A stretch of 64,000 nt of DNA from Geopsychrobacteraceae bacterium (GTDB lineage: Bacteria > Desulfobacterota > Desulfuromonadia > Desulfuromonadales > Geopsychrobacteraceae), in the NCBI GenBank assembly GCA_963676795.2, contig CAXXTB010000002.1:1216001-1280000 (forward strand). The letters run 5' to 3'. This document shows positions 8,071-19,004 of this stretch, one piece after another; positions within the stretch are counted from its first letter, which is position 1, and each line of letters begins with the position of its first letter. The notes beneath the pieces were generated by a model. The model was not told the origin of the DNA and did not search any database. It saw only the letters and a program-made list of their open reading frames with translations. A program made the translations under genes and the position numbers.

Positions 8071-10526
8071 AAGACTCCGAGTCCTCCCTCCGCTTACCCG
8101 TATACGGAATGACGTGTCAGAAGTGCGTTGCCAGAGTTACACAATTGATCGCCGCTCATCCCGAGGTCGACAGGGTGAATGTCTCTCTTGACGAGAAATG
8201 CGCCGAAATTTCGCCGGTTATCAGCCCGATCAATCTCGAAATCATCAAGGCCGATCTTGCACAGGCCGGATTTTCGACTGTTTCCGGTCTGCCTGAAGAT
8301 GTAAGCGCAGAGACTGCGAACCTGCCGTCGGTTTCGGTTCAGGCGGGGGAGGTCGTGGAGCTGCGGTTTTCGATCCGGGGGATGAGTTGCGCATCCTGCG
8401 CCGCGACGATAGAGCGCAAGTTGAACGCTTTGCCCGGTATTGAGAGTGCCGTTGTCAACCTGGCCGGAAACTTTGCCCAGGTGGGCTATCAGCCGGACAG
8501 GATTTCTGCGGATCAGGTCTATGCTGCCGTCGATGCTGCCGGATTTCAGGCGGTTGCAGACGATAACGAGGATTTCGACGAATCCCGTACTCAGTTGCGC
8601 CTGGTGATGATTGCGGCGGCGGGAGCCGTCCCCATCATGCTTTTGATGTTCTGGCCTGTTTTCGGATCGGCAACGATCTATCTCAATGCTCTGCTGGCGA
8701 CTCTTGTCCAGTGGACTGCCGGGCTTGGTTTTTATCTTGGCGCTTTCAAGTCGTTGCGCAACAGAAGCGCCAATATGGATGTGCTGGTGGCTCTCGGCAT
8801 TACTGCGGCTTATGGCTATTCGCTGCTGTCGTTAAGTGGTGTGCTCGGCGCGGATGCTGCACTCTTCTTTGAAACCAGCGCCATGCTGATCCTGTTTATC
8901 CGCTTTGGCAAGTGGCTTGAGTCGCGGGCCAAAGGGCGTGCCGGTGCTGCCTTGAAGGCGTTATTGAAGCTTCAGGCCGATAGCGCAACCCTGCTGGTTG
9001 ACGGGCAGGAACAGGTTGTGCCGGTCAGTCAGGTCAGGTCGGGTGACCTGGTGCTGGTGCGGCCCGGTGATAAGATTCCGATCGATGGCGAAGTCGTCAG
9101 CGGTGAGTCGGCGGTCAACGAGGCGATGATCAGCGGAGAGTCGGTTCCGGTGAACAAGGCGGTTGGTTCTCAGGTTATCGGTGCGACAATCAACGAGACC
9201 GGACGCTTGCTGGTTCGGGCGACCCATGTCGGAGAGGATGCTGTCCTGGCCAAGATCGTCAGGATGGTCGAAACAGCACAGGGGGACAAGCCGCCGATAC
9301 AGCGACTCGCCGACCGGATTTCAGCGTTTTTCGTTCCCCTGGTGGTGGTGCTCTCGCTGGTCACGTTGTGTGGCTGGCTGCTGGCCGGAGCTTCCTTTGT
9401 TTTTGCCTTCCAGATGGCCGTGGCTGTCGTTGTTGTCGCCTGTCCCTGCGCCCTTGGCCTGGCAACCCCGACCGCCATCATGGTTGGCAGTTCCGTCGGG
9501 CTTGAGCAGGGAATCCTGTTCAAGAAGGCCTCGGCCCTCGAGGGGATTGCCCAGCTGAAAACCTTGTTGCTCGACAAGACCGGAACGCTGACGCAGGGGC
9601 GGTTTGTCGTCGAGCAGCTCTGCGTCAGCGGTGGCATGACGGAGGACAGTTTTCTTGAGATTGTCGCGGGCGTCGAAAGTGCCAGCCGGCACCCGTTAGC
9701 CCGCGGAGTGGTCGATGAGCTGGAACGGCGCGGTCTGAAGCCTGCCGAAATAGACCACGTTGATGAGATCGGTGGCTTTGGTCTGCGTGGTTTTGTCGCG
9801 GATAAAATCATTCTCTGCGGCAATGAAGCGCTGATGGAGCGCTTCGGTATCGAAATGAATACCGCTATTCAGATCCATCTGGAGCGTGTCGCCGGAGCTC
9901 CGTCCTTTATCTATGTTGCTATTGACGGCAAGCAGATCGGTGCTCTTGCACTTTCTGACGCTTTGAAAGAGAATGCACAGCAGATGGTCGCTCAGCTCAA
10001 GAGACTCAAGGTGGAACCCGTGCTGATCAGCGGCGATCGTTACCAGGTCGCTCAGGCTGTTGCAGGCCAGCTCGGAATTGTCAGTTTTGAGGCGGAGGTT
10101 CTGCCCGAACAGAAGCTCGATACCGTCAGGAAATATCAGCTGCGGAACCACGCAGTCGGAATGGTCGGCGATGGTATCAATGACGCTCCGGCTCTGGCCC
10201 TGGCGAATGTCGGAATCGCCATCGGCAGCGGGATGGATGTCGCCAAGGAAACCGGTGATCTGGTCCTGGTCGGCGACGATCTGCTCGACATTGTCAGGGG
10301 GATCGTACTTGGGCGTCTGACCTTGAGGAAGATCAAACAGAACCTGTTCTGGGCGTTTTTCTATAATCTTCTCGGGATTCCTCTGGCTGCCGGACTCTTT
10401 TATCCGCTCTTCGGGCTTTATCTCAAGCCTGAGTATGCCGGACTGGCCATGGCTTTTTCGAGTGTCTCTGTGGTGACCAACAGCCTGCTGCTCAGGTGTG
10501 CAAAACAGCGTCTGCAGAGAATCTGA
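8064..10526 (+). CDS. copA: Cu(I)-type P1B heavy-metal translocating ATPase with two HMA domains
   Basis: GMTCQKC and GMSCASC, SGES, CPCALGLATP, DKTGT, HP, GDGINDAP, YN and MAFSS. Confidence 0.93.
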   Translation: MLKDSESSLRLPVYGMTCQKCVARVTQLIAAHPEVDRVNVSLDEKCAEISPVISPINLEIIKADLAQAGFSTVSGLPEDVSAETANLPSVSVQAGEVVELRFSIRGMSCASCAATIERKLNALPGIESAVVNLAGNFAQVGYQPDRISADQVYAAVDAAGFQAVADDNEDFDESRTQLRLVMIAAAGAVPIMLLMFWPVFGSATIYLNALLATLVQWTAGLGFYLGAFKSLRNRSANMDVLVALGITAAYGYSLLSLSGVLGADAALFFETSAMLILFIRFGKWLESRAKGRAGAALKALLKLQADSATLLVDGQEQVVPVSQVRSGDLVLVRPGDKIPIDGEVVSGESAVNEAMISGESVPVNKAVGSQVIGATINETGRLLVRATHVGEDAVLAKIVRMVETAQGDKPPIQRLADRISAFFVPLVVVLSLVTLCGWLLAGASFVFAFQMAVAVVVVACPCALGLATPTAIMVGSSVGLEQGILFKKASALEGIAQLKTLLLDKTGTLTQGRFVVEQLCVSGGMTEDSFLEIVAGVESASRHPLARGVVDELERRGLKPAEIDHVDEIGGFGLRGFVADKIILCGNEALMERFGIEMNTAIQIHLERVAGAPSFIYVAIDGKQIGALALSDALKENAQQMVAQLKRLKVEPVLISGDRYQVAQAVAGQLGIVSFEAEVLPEQKLDTVRKYQLRNHAVGMVGDGINDAPALALANVGIAIGSGMDVAKETGDLVLVGDDLLDIVRGIVLGRLTLRKIKQNLFWAFFYNLLGIPLAAGLFYPLFGLYLKPEYAGLAMAFSSVSVVTNSLLLRCAKQRLQRI

Positions 10527-10684
10527 CCTGGAGGGGCTGTGATTGCGATCAGGGTTGAATGTGATACGCTGTCTGAAATCGCCGGGGGCAAGCTGTGATT
10601 TACCTATATTGCAGGTCTGTGTGTCAGGTTGTTTCTCCGGGAACGGCTGATTCCGGGATCTTTTACGCTTAAGGGGGAGTTTCG

Positions 10685-11776
10685 ATGAAAGCTCTGACTG
10701 AAACGTCCGATCCGGAATGTCAGTGTCCTTCTACTCTGTCGACTGAAAATATCGGCAATATGATCGAATGGCTGCGGGGGAGGAACAAGATTCTGATCGT
10801 CTCCCACGATAATCCCGATCCCGATTCGATAGCTGCGGCCGTAGCTTTGCGCCATCTGATCCTGGTGAAGACAGGCCAGGATGCCGTCCTCGGCTACGGC
10901 GGGGTGATCGGACGCAGTGAAAACCGCCAGATGGTCGATCTGCTCGAGATTCCCCTGGTGCCGATCAGTGAGCTCGACCTGGATCAGTTCTGTGTCATCT
11001 GTATGGTAGACACTCAGCCACGCACCGGCAACAATTCGATTCCAGAGGACCGTAAGGTCGATATCGTCATCGATCATCATCGCTCCAAGCGTGATCACAG
11101 TGCTGTTCAGTGGCTTGATGTGCGGGAAAATTACGGGGCAGCGGCGACGATCCTCTACGAATACCTGACCCATCAGGATGTGTCGATCAATACCCGTCTG
11201 GCGACCATCCTTTTTTATGCTATCAAGTCCGAAACCCAGGACCTTGGGCGTGAATGGTCCAGGGCTGACCGGGACGCCTACCTCAAGCTGTTGCCACTTT
11301 CCAATAACCGGATCCTCTTCGATATCATCCATCCGCAAGTCGGCAGTGATTATTTTTGCGCTTTCAGGACCGCGATCGAAAACGCCCATATCTATGGTGA
11401 GGTTCTCGTCTTCAATATCTACAAGGTTGAAAATCCCGATCTGGTCTCGGAGCTGGCCGACTTTCTGCTGCGTCAGCAGGGGGTCAATTATGTGCTCGGT
11501 ATGGGCTGGTTTGAGGGGACCGAAATTCTCTCCATGCGCTCTCTTTGTCCCGATGCCAAACTGGGGCAGGTCATTCAGAAGATGGTTTCCGGCCTGGGGT
11601 CCGCCGGTGGTCACGGGATGGTTGCCGGAGGGCAGGTCCGGCCGATGTCGGCAGATCCGGCAAAACAGCGCGAACTGGAAACCCTCTTGACCGGACGCCT
11701 GTTTTCCGCTCTTGGGATGAAGAAACCTGAAGGATTCGCGCTGTTTCCTGCGTCACCAATCCCCTGTTCAGATTGA
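10685..11776 (+). CDS. DHH-family phosphoesterase (NrnA/oligoribonuclease-like)
   Basis: HDNPDPDS, VDTQ, IDHH and C-terminal GGH. Confidence 0.88.
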   Translation: MKALTETSDPECQCPSTLSTENIGNMIEWLRGRNKILIVSHDNPDPDSIAAAVALRHLILVKTGQDAVLGYGGVIGRSENRQMVDLLEIPLVPISELDLDQFCVICMVDTQPRTGNNSIPEDRKVDIVIDHHRSKRDHSAVQWLDVRENYGAAATILYEYLTHQDVSINTRLATILFYAIKSETQDLGREWSRADRDAYLKLLPLSNNRILFDIIHPQVGSDYFCAFRTAIENAHIYGEVLVFNIYKVENPDLVSELADFLLRQQGVNYVLGMGWFEGTEILSMRSLCPDAKLGQVIQKMVSGLGSAGGHGMVAGGQVRPMSADPAKQRELETLLTGRLFSALGMKKPEGFALFPASPIPCSD

Positions 11777-11802
11777 CACTGGCAGAGGGGCTGCGCTATA
11801 AC
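11773..11802 (+). promoter_or_regulatory. Candidate sigma70 promoter for amidase-rph-rdgB
   Basis: TTGACA-N18-TATAAC. Confidence 0.5.
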
Positions 11803-11829
11803 CCTTGCAGTTTCTCCAAGGGAGGCATC

Positions 11830-12915
11830 ATGCGTAGTTTCGTTCTGCTGTTTTTATCTTCTGTTTTGCTCTGGGCGACGGCTGTCTCCGCCGCCGTCAC
11901 CATCGCTCTGCCCGGTGGTGAGGAACATCGTATCGAAGATGTCTACCAGCAGGACGGAACCGTTTATATCGCTCTGGACGACCTTCTCCAGGCTGTGGGT
12001 TTGCGCGGCCAATGGGACAGTGTCAAGCACAGTTACAAGATCAGTTCGCCGGCTGGAACGGCTGAGGTTTCACCCGGCAGCCGTTATCTGAAACTTGGCG
12101 GAGAGTTCTCTCCGTTGCAGGAAAATCCACGTTTCATCGATGGGCGCCTGCGGGTGACGGACCAGTTTGTTCGGCAGCAACTGCCGCTGCTGACTTTGTC
12201 TCAGGTGATCTTTGTCAATCTGGAACCGGGGAAGTCGACAGGTCAGGTTCAAAAACAGAATCGTCTCAACAGTCTCTTCTCGTTTCTGCTCAACCGTAAG
12301 GAAGAACCGAGCTCCGACGGACCGGTGATCAGGGCGATTGCCATCGATCCGGGGCATGGTGGCAGTGACACGGGGGTTATCGGTGTCAAGGGCTCCAAGG
12401 AGAAGGAAATTGTCCTCGATTATGCTGAAAAGCTGGCCCGTCAGATCAAGATGAAACTCGGTATTCCGGTTTACCTCAGCCGGGATGGTGACTATGAATT
12501 GACCGCTGAAAAACGGCTTCAGAGCGCAACGCGCGAGGATGTCGATATCTGGATCCGGCTCCATGCCCAAGGCGGGCTATCAGCACAAAGCCACGGCATC
12601 TGTCTGTTCGCCAGGCCGCGTACCGCAGAGACCGAGGTCCAGCCTGCTGCGGACAGTCTGCTGCTGGCTGACACTCTGGCCCAGGCCCTTAGGGACGGGC
12701 AGTTCGCTGTGCAGGGGGTCTATCAGAGCTCTCGCCTGTCGTTGGGGCGGGGGAACCTGCCGACGGTACAGATCGAACTTGGTTATCTGACCAATCCGGA
12801 TGAATTGAAACAACTACAGGACAATACCTATCAACAGCAACTCATCGCTGCCCTCTATCAGGGAATTGAGAGTTTTGCAGTTAAAGTGAAGGAGGACAGA
12901 GATGGAGCAAATTGA
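11830..12915 (+). CDS. N-acetylmuramoyl-L-alanine amidase (Amidase_3), exported
   Basis: Signal peptide; [29 protein letters not shown] 11830 after GGAGG. Confidence 0.9.
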   Translation: MRSFVLLFLSSVLLWATAVSAAVTIALPGGEEHRIEDVYQQDGTVYIALDDLLQAVGLRGQWDSVKHSYKISSPAGTAEVSPGSRYLKLGGEFSPLQENPRFIDGRLRVTDQFVRQQLPLLTLSQVIFVNLEPGKSTGQVQKQNRLNSLFSFLLNRKEEPSSDGPVIRAIAIDPGHGGSDTGVIGVKGSKEKEIVLDYAEKLARQIKMKLGIPVYLSRDGDYELTAEKRLQSATREDVDIWIRLHAQGGLSAQSHGICLFARPRTAETEVQPAADSLLLADTLAQALRDGQFAVQGVYQSSRLSLGRGNLPTVQIELGYLTNPDELKQLQDNTYQQQLIAALYQGIESFAVKVKEDRDGAN

Positions 12916-13636
12916 TATCGAACGGTTTGACGGCCGTTGTTACAACGAATTGCGGCCGATCAGTTTCGAGCGCCAGTTTACCCGCTATGCCGAAGGTTCG
13001 GTGCTGGTCTGCTGCGGTGAAACCAAGGTTATTTGTAATGCTTCGGTCGAAGAGCGTGTACCGCCATTCATGCGTGGTGAAGGGCGTGGCTGGGTGACTG
13101 CTGAGTACAGCATGTTGCCGCGTTCTACCCACAGCCGGATGATGCGTGAAGCTGCCAAAGGCAAGCTTTCAGGGCGGACCCAGGAGATTCAGCGCCTGAT
13201 CGGTCGTTCCTTGCGGGCTGTCACCGACCTTGAAGCGATGGGGGAAATCACCGTTCAGATCGACTGCGATGTTATTCAGGCTGACGGTGGGACCAGAACC
13301 GCCTCGATCACCGGTGCCTATGTCGCTCTCTATGATGCCTTCAGGGGGCTGGTCGACAAAGGCGTGCTGAAATCGATTCCGCTCAAGGACAGCGTTGCGG
13401 CTATCAGCGTCGGTATCCTGGGGCAGGCGCCGCTGCTCGATCTGAATTATGTCGAGGATTCCAAGGCCGAGGTCGACATGAACTTCGTTATCACCGGTTC
13501 CGGCAAGTTTGTTGAGGTTCAGGGGACCGCTGAAGAAGAGCCTTTTACGCTGGAAGAACTCGATAGCTTGCGCTCCCTGGCGATGGATGGCTGTGCCGAA
13601 CTCTGTCAATTGCAGAAGCTGGCCCTGGGGCTTTAA
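12902..13636 (+). CDS. rph: Ribonuclease PH
   Basis: [42 protein letters not shown]. Confidence 0.98.
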   Translation: MEQIDIERFDGRCYNELRPISFERQFTRYAEGSVLVCCGETKVICNASVEERVPPFMRGEGRGWVTAEYSMLPRSTHSRMMREAAKGKLSGRTQEIQRLIGRSLRAVTDLEAMGEITVQIDCDVIQADGGTRTASITGAYVALYDAFRGLVDKGVLKSIPLKDSVAAISVGILGQAPLLDLNYVEDSKAEVDMNFVITGSGKFVEVQGTAEEEPFTLEELDSLRSLAMDGCAELCQLQKLALGL

Positions 13637-13637
13637 G

Positions 13638-14243
13638 ATGTTGAAACTGCTGGTTGCAACGGGCAATAAGGGGAAGCTCAAGGAGATCCGTCATCTGCTG
13701 GAAGGCTGTCCGATCGAGATTGTCGGTCTTGATCAGTTCCCACAGGCTCCAGAGGTCATCGAGGATGGTGACACCTTTACCGCCAATGCTATCAAGAAGG
13801 CCGCCGAGATGGCTGCCTTCTCAGGTCTGCTGACTCTTGCCGACGACAGTGGTCTCTGTGTCGAGGCCCTGCACGGTGAACCAGGGGTATTCTCGGCTCG
13901 CTATGCCGGGGAACAGGGGGACGACGCGGCCAATAATGCCAAACTGCTCGACAAGATGAAGGATGTTGTCGATGAACAACGTCAGGCCGCTTTTCACTGC
14001 GTGATGGCACTGGCCTGGCCGGATGGCCGCTGTGAGACCTTTGACGGCAAGATTTCCGGTTTGCTGATGCGCGGTGAACGGGGTGGCGGAGGTTTCGGCT
14101 ACGACCCGCTGTTCATGGTTCCGGAGTACGGAAAGACAACCGCAGAGCTTCCGCTCGAGATCAAGAATCGTATCAGCCATCGTGGTCAGGCCCTACGCAA
14201 GGTGGTGCCGTTATTGAAAGAGTTGGCAGAACAGGACGCCTGA
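13638..14243 (+). CDS. rdgB: Non-canonical purine NTP pyrophosphatase (RdgB/HAM1)
   Basis: [34 protein letters not shown]; start corrected to ATG 13638. Confidence 0.96.
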   Translation: MLKLLVATGNKGKLKEIRHLLEGCPIEIVGLDQFPQAPEVIEDGDTFTANAIKKAAEMAAFSGLLTLADDSGLCVEALHGEPGVFSARYAGEQGDDAANNAKLLDKMKDVVDEQRQAAFHCVMALAWPDGRCETFDGKISGLLMRGERGGGGFGYDPLFMVPEYGKTTAELPLEIKNRISHRGQALRKVVPLLKELAEQDA

Positions 14244-14305
14244 GCCTGAAGGTCGGGTGGCAGTGCGCTATTTCGTCAAATACCAATCGAAATAAGGAGA
14301 GTCGT

Positions 14306-14719
14306 GTGGAAAGAACATTCGCAATTATCAAGCCCGATGCCTTTGAAGCAGGTTATGCCGGCCGGATTCTGGCCCGCATCTATGCCGAGGGGTTCAAGGT
14401 CGTTGGCCTGAAGAAACTTTACATGAGCAAGGTTGAAGCTGAGGGCTTTTATGCCGTTCACAGTGAGCGTCCTTTCTTCGGCGAGCTGACCGATTTTATG
14501 GCCAGCGGACCCTGTATCGTCATGGCTCTCGAAGCCGAAGGTGCGATCAAAAAATGGCGCGATCTGATGGGTGCCACCAACCCGGCTGACGCGGCTGAAG
14601 GAACCCTGCGCAAAGAGTTCGGTACTGCGATCAACCGCAACGCAACCCATGGCTCCGATGCCCCGGAAACAGCCGCCTTTGAGCTCGATTATTTCTTCAG
14701 CGGCCTCGAACTGCTGTAG
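14306..14719 (+). CDS. ndk: Nucleoside diphosphate kinase
   Basis: [24 protein letters not shown]. Confidence 0.98.
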   Translation: MERTFAIIKPDAFEAGYAGRILARIYAEGFKVVGLKKLYMSKVEAEGFYAVHSERPFFGELTDFMASGPCIVMALEAEGAIKKWRDLMGATNPADAAEGTLRKEFGTAINRNATHGSDAPETAAFELDYFFSGLELL

Positions 14720-14744
14720 GTCAGGATTAAGAGCTTGTCACTTG

Positions 14745-14778
14745 AAAGGCCCTTCGTTAGAATCCGAAGGGCTTTTTG
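14745..14778 (+). terminator. Hairpin/terminator between ndk and rlmN
   Basis: aaaggcccttcg...cgaagggctttt followed by T. Confidence 0.7.
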
Positions 14779-14798
14779 TCGTAGATACAGAGGTTTCA

Positions 14799-15842
14799 TT
14801 GAATCAGAACAAGATTGATCTTAAAGGACTGACCCTGCCGGAACTGGAAGCTTTTCTGGCTGACCTGGGTAAGGAAACGTACCGTTCCAAGCAGATTCTG
14901 CGCTGGATCTACCAGCGTCAGGTCTGCGACTTTGAACAGATGACCGACCTGGCCAAGCTGTTTCGCCAGCAGTTGGCGGAGCGCTCCTACGTCTCCGAGC
15001 TGGTCCCGGAAACGGTTCAGACCAGCGTGGACGGGACCAGGAAATATCTGTTCAGGCTGGATGACGGTGAAACTGTCGAGGCGGTACGCATACCGATGGA
15101 TGAGGACCGGGCGACCCTGTGTATCTCCTCGCAGGTCGGGTGTGCCATGGGCTGTCAGTTCTGCATGACCGGGACCTTTGGCCTGATTCGTAACCTGCGT
15201 GTCGATGAGATTATCAACCAGGTCTGCGCTGCGCTCAAGGATGGGCCGATCGGCAACATTGTTTTTATGGGGATGGGTGAGCCGCTGCATAACCTGGACA
15301 ACGTGGTTGCCGCCCTGAAGATCCTTTATCTGGATGAGGGGCTTGCCTTCGGCACCCGCAGGGTTACCCTGTCGACCTGCGGACTGGTTCCGCAGATACG
15401 TGAATTGAGCCGGCAGGTGAAGGTCAATCTGGCCGTATCGCTGAACGCAACAACGGATGAACTGCGTAATCAGCTGATGCCGGTCAATCGACGTTATCCC
15501 CTGAGTGAATTGATGAGTGCCTGCCGCGATTATGCCAATCTGGCCAAGCAGCGGGTGACCTTCGAGTATATCCTGCTTGGCGGGGTCAACGACAGCATTG
15601 CCGATGCAAAACGGCTGATCAAGCTGGTCCACGGGGTGCGCTGCAAGCTGAACCTGATCGCCTATAACGAGCATGAGGGGGCGGAGTTCAGGTCGCCGAG
15701 TCCGGAATCGGTCAAGGAGTTTCAGTCCTACCTGCTGCAGAGAGGGTTGGTGGCGACGCTGCGGGCCAGCAAGGGGCAGGATATCGCTGCCGCCTGCGGC
15801 CAGCTCAAGGGGCAGATGGATAAAGCAACAGACAACGCTTAG
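14799..15842 (+). CDS. rlmN: 23S rRNA/tRNA m2A methyltransferase RlmN
   Basis: CISSQVGCAMGCQFC, FMGMGEP, DIAAACGQL; start moved to TTG 14799 after GAGG. Confidence 0.96.
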   Translation: MNQNKIDLKGLTLPELEAFLADLGKETYRSKQILRWIYQRQVCDFEQMTDLAKLFRQQLAERSYVSELVPETVQTSVDGTRKYLFRLDDGETVEAVRIPMDEDRATLCISSQVGCAMGCQFCMTGTFGLIRNLRVDEIINQVCAALKDGPIGNIVFMGMGEPLHNLDNVVAALKILYLDEGLAFGTRRVTLSTCGLVPQIRELSRQVKVNLAVSLNATTDELRNQLMPVNRRYPLSELMSACRDYANLAKQRVTFEYILLGGVNDSIADAKRLIKLVHGVRCKLNLIAYNEHEGAEFRSPSPESVKEFQSYLLQRGLVATLRASKGQDIAAACGQLKGQMDKATDNA

Positions 15843-15883
15843 CTTTTAAATCGTCAGGATATATTTTCCAGGAGTCAATTGAT

Positions 15884-16765
15884 ATGAACGAACCAGTTAT
15901 CGGTGTTATCGGTGGTAGCGGTCTCTATGAGATCGAAGGGCTGACCGATGTCAAGGAAGTAAAGCTTGAAACCCCCTTCGGCGATCCGTCCGATGCCTAT
16001 ATCACCGGGACCCTGAACGGGGCGAAGATGGTCTTTCTGCCCCGCCATGGACGCGGACATCGTTTCCTCCCTTCCGAGGTCAACTACCGGGCTAACATCT
16101 ACGGGATGAAACTGCTCGGTGTCGAGCAGATCATTTCCGTTTCGGCTGTCGGCAGCATGAAGGAAGAGATCGTTCCCGGCCATATCGTGATTCCGGATCA
16201 GTTCTTTGACCGGACGCAAGGCAAGCGTGCATCGACCTTCTTCGGCAACGGCGTCGTCGGTCATGTCCAGTTTGCCGATCCGGTCTGTGGTGAATTGTCT
16301 GAGATCCTCTATGCATCTGCAGATTCTGTTGGGGCGACCGTACACAAGGGAGGGACCTATATCTGCATCGAGGGACCGAACTTCTCAACTCGCGCCGAAT
16401 CGAAAATCTTCCGCAGCTGGGGCGTCGATATTATCGGCATGACCAACCTGCCTGAATCCCGCCTGGCTCGCGAGGCGGAGATCTGTTACGGTACTGTCGC
16501 CCTGGCGACTGACTACGACTGCTGGCATGAGGGCCATGACGACGTTTCGGTTGAGGCTGTTATCGCGATTATCCATCAGAATGTCGCGACCGCCAAAGCG
16601 ATCATCAAGGAGGCGGTCGGCCGTATTGTCAGCCAGCGCGCGCAGCGCGACTGTGCCTGCGCCGAGGCATTGAAGTATGCCATCATGACCAATAAGAGCA
16701 TGATCCCCGAAGACACCGTGAAGGCCCTGGAACCACTGATGGGCCGCTATCTGAAAGAGGGTTAA
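15884..16765 (+). CDS. mtnP: S-methyl-5'-thioadenosine phosphorylase
   Basis: IGGSGLY, PRHGRGH, GPNFSTRAES, IGMT, TDYDCWH. Confidence 0.93.
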   Translation: MNEPVIGVIGGSGLYEIEGLTDVKEVKLETPFGDPSDAYITGTLNGAKMVFLPRHGRGHRFLPSEVNYRANIYGMKLLGVEQIISVSAVGSMKEEIVPGHIVIPDQFFDRTQGKRASTFFGNGVVGHVQFADPVCGELSEILYASADSVGATVHKGGTYICIEGPNFSTRAESKIFRSWGVDIIGMTNLPESRLAREAEICYGTVALATDYDCWHEGHDDVSVEAVIAIIHQNVATAKAIIKEAVGRIVSQRAQRDCACAEALKYAIMTNKSMIPEDTVKALEPLMGRYLKEG

Positions 16766-16767
16766 TA

Positions 16768-17679
16768 ATGAGTATTCTTGTTGTCGGCAGCGTTGCCTTT
16801 GATTCCATCAGCACCCCGTTCGGTCAGGTTGAGGATATCCTGGGCGGTTCGGCCTGCTATTTTTCGACCTCGGCCAGCTTCTTTACCGATGTCAACCTGG
16901 TTGCCGTTATCGGTGAGGATTTCCCCCAGGAGCATATCGATTTCCTTAACAGCCGCAATGTCAATCTCGACGGCCTGCAGCAGGTTCCGGGGCAGACCTT
17001 CCGCTGGAAGGGGAGCTATGAGTACGATCTGAACGAGGCCCATACCCTGGAAACCCACCTGAATGTTTTCGAAAACTTCAAGCCTCAGCTTCCGGAATCC
17101 TATCGTGACGCCGAGTATGTGTTCCTGGCCAACATCGATCCGGAACTGCAGCTCGAAGTTCTGGAGCAGGTGCGCAACCCGAAACTGGTTGCCTGTGATA
17201 CCATGAATTTCTGGATCGGCGGCAAAAAGGAGCAGTTGATCAAGACCCTGGCCAAGGTCGATATTCTGGTCATCAATGAAGGGGAGGCGCGTCAACTGGC
17301 AGATGAGCCGAACCTGATCAAGGCCGCTCAGATCATCCGTGGCTTCGGGCCGAAAACCCTGGTCGTCAAGCGCGGCGAATACGGTGTCCTGATGTTCAGC
17401 GAGGGTTCAACCTTCGCGGCCCCTGCCTATCCGCTCGAAGAGGTTTTTGATCCGACCGGCGCGGGCGATACCTTTGCCGGCGGTTTTGTCGGTTACCTGG
17501 CTTCAACCCGCAACCTGGATGAAAAAAATCTGCGTAAGGCGATTGTTTTTGGTACTGTAATGGCGTCCTTTACCGTCGAAAAGTTCAGCCTCGACCGTTT
17601 GCGCGAAATTGATCATCAGGAAATTGCCGATCGTTATCGTCGCATCAAGCTGTTGACCGAATTTTCCGATATCGACTGA
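16768..17679 (+). CDS. PfkB/ribokinase-family kinase
   Basis: GGSA, NEGEA, DPTGAGDTFAGG. Confidence 0.92.
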   Translation: MSILVVGSVAFDSISTPFGQVEDILGGSACYFSTSASFFTDVNLVAVIGEDFPQEHIDFLNSRNVNLDGLQQVPGQTFRWKGSYEYDLNEAHTLETHLNVFENFKPQLPESYRDAEYVFLANIDPELQLEVLEQVRNPKLVACDTMNFWIGGKKEQLIKTLAKVDILVINEGEARQLADEPNLIKAAQIIRGFGPKTLVVKRGEYGVLMFSEGSTFAAPAYPLEEVFDPTGAGDTFAGGFVGYLASTRNLDEKNLRKAIVFGTVMASFTVEKFSLDRLREIDHQEIADRYRRIKLLTEFSDID

Positions 17680-17720
17680 TTTTTTCACCGAATGACGCCT
17701 GGCGTCTGATTGGGGGTGAC

Positions 17721-18206
17721 ATGTTTGTCCAGCATCCACAGCTGAAGCAATTGAATGTCGCTGCGGAAAAGATCACCCGGCTGCACGTGGCCCAAAGTAG
17801 CGTGCAGCTGGCTTTTTCCGGTTTCCCTCCGCAGCTTTGCAAGGCGTTTCTGCTCAGCATCGAAGGAAATAACAGGGCGCTGGTCGTCGTCGCCTATTAT
17901 CTGATGGAGAGCCGCTGCTCGGTTTTTTTTGTGCCGAAGCAGGGGGAGGTGGCAGTGGAGAAACTGGATGCCACCTACGAAGACGGTTGGTCCTTTGTTG
18001 AATCGATGGGATTTGTCCTGACCGAGACCGATTATCATCTTAAAGCCCTTGACGACCGCAAGCAGTTTCTTGCGGGTTTGCCGATCTGTCAGTCTCCTCA
18101 GCAAACGACAGCGGAGAGACGCAGCAATGATCTGTTGGAAAAAGAAATCACGGATTTACGCGAATGCTGCTTGGAAAGTTTTGGGCGTTTTTTATCTTCT
18201 CTATAA
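17721..18206 (+). CDS. Hypothetical protein upstream of the pilotin-like gene
   Basis: 161-aa ORF in operon orientation with a GGGGG RBS; carries an FVESMGF motif. Confidence 0.7.
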   Translation: MFVQHPQLKQLNVAAEKITRLHVAQSSVQLAFSGFPPQLCKAFLLSIEGNNRALVVVAYYLMESRCSVFFVPKQGEVAVEKLDATYEDGWSFVESMGFVLTETDYHLKALDDRKQFLAGLPICQSPQQTTAERRSNDLLEKEITDLRECCLESFGRFLSSL

Positions 18207-18233
18207 TGGTTCGATTGCTCAAGGGGGTTGTGA

Positions 18234-18980
18234 ATGAAGTTTCTCGTTCTCTGTTTCTGTTTCGCCCTGATGCTCACCGGTTGTGCAACAGCGACCAAGG
18301 TTGCCGATAACAAGCAACAGGCCGATTCTCATTACAAAATGGCGGTTGCTCACCTGCAGGCCAACAATCCGACCCTGGCGCTCAAGGAACTTTTGGCTGC
18401 CGTCCACAACGACCCCGAGAACAGTGCCATTCATGCCGCCCTGGGGCAGGTCTATCAGCGCAAAAAAGCCTATCTCCTGGCTGAACGCCACTATCTTCGT
18501 GCTCTTGAACTCTCTGACAACGATCCGCGTTATCAGAACAATCTGGCGACCCTCTATCTCGATCTGCAGCGCTGGGATGAGGCGATTGACTATTTTGACA
18601 AGGCGTCCAGGAATCTGCTCTTTGTCGATGCCCATGTCGCTGCGGCCGGCAAGGCCTATGCCCTGTTCAAGAAAGAGGATTATGCCAGCGCCCTAAAAGG
18701 CTATGATGAAGCGCTGGCTCTAGCGCCGCGTTATGCCGAGGCCCACTATCTGAAGAGCCGTGTTTACCTTGCGATGGAAAACCCGGAGATGGCCGAATAC
18801 GAACTCCGTCAGGCGATCGATATCGTCCCTCAGTTTCTCCAGGCCCGTTACGAACTGGGCATGATGCTGCTGGAACAGGGGAAGCCGGAAGAGGCCAAAA
18901 AGGAATTTCAGCTGATTGTCAATTTTGCTGAAAACTCGGAATGGGGAGTCAAGGCCAAAAAGATTCTCAAAACGCTTTAA
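18234..18980 (+). CDS. TPR lipoprotein, PilW/PilF/Tgl pilotin-like
   Basis: Lipobox LTGC followed by TPR repeats; sits downstream of ndk-rlmN, where pilF/pilW usually lies. Confidence 0.82.
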   Translation: MKFLVLCFCFALMLTGCATATKVADNKQQADSHYKMAVAHLQANNPTLALKELLAAVHNDPENSAIHAALGQVYQRKKAYLLAERHYLRALELSDNDPRYQNNLATLYLDLQRWDEAIDYFDKASRNLLFVDAHVAAAGKAYALFKKEDYASALKGYDEALALAPRYAEAHYLKSRVYLAMENPEMAEYELRQAIDIVPQFLQARYELGMMLLEQGKPEEAKKEFQLIVNFAENSEWGVKAKKILKTL

Positions 18981-19004
18981 CCATATGTCCGTTTGTGAGA
19001 TTCC

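Noticed and set aside
14571..14798. N-terminal extensions in the ORF track (rlmN here; also rdgB, livF, the TSCPD gene, the sensor kinase, the AddB-like gene)
   Set aside because: They overlap neighbouring genes or terminators; downstream starts have an RBS and/or match family N-termini
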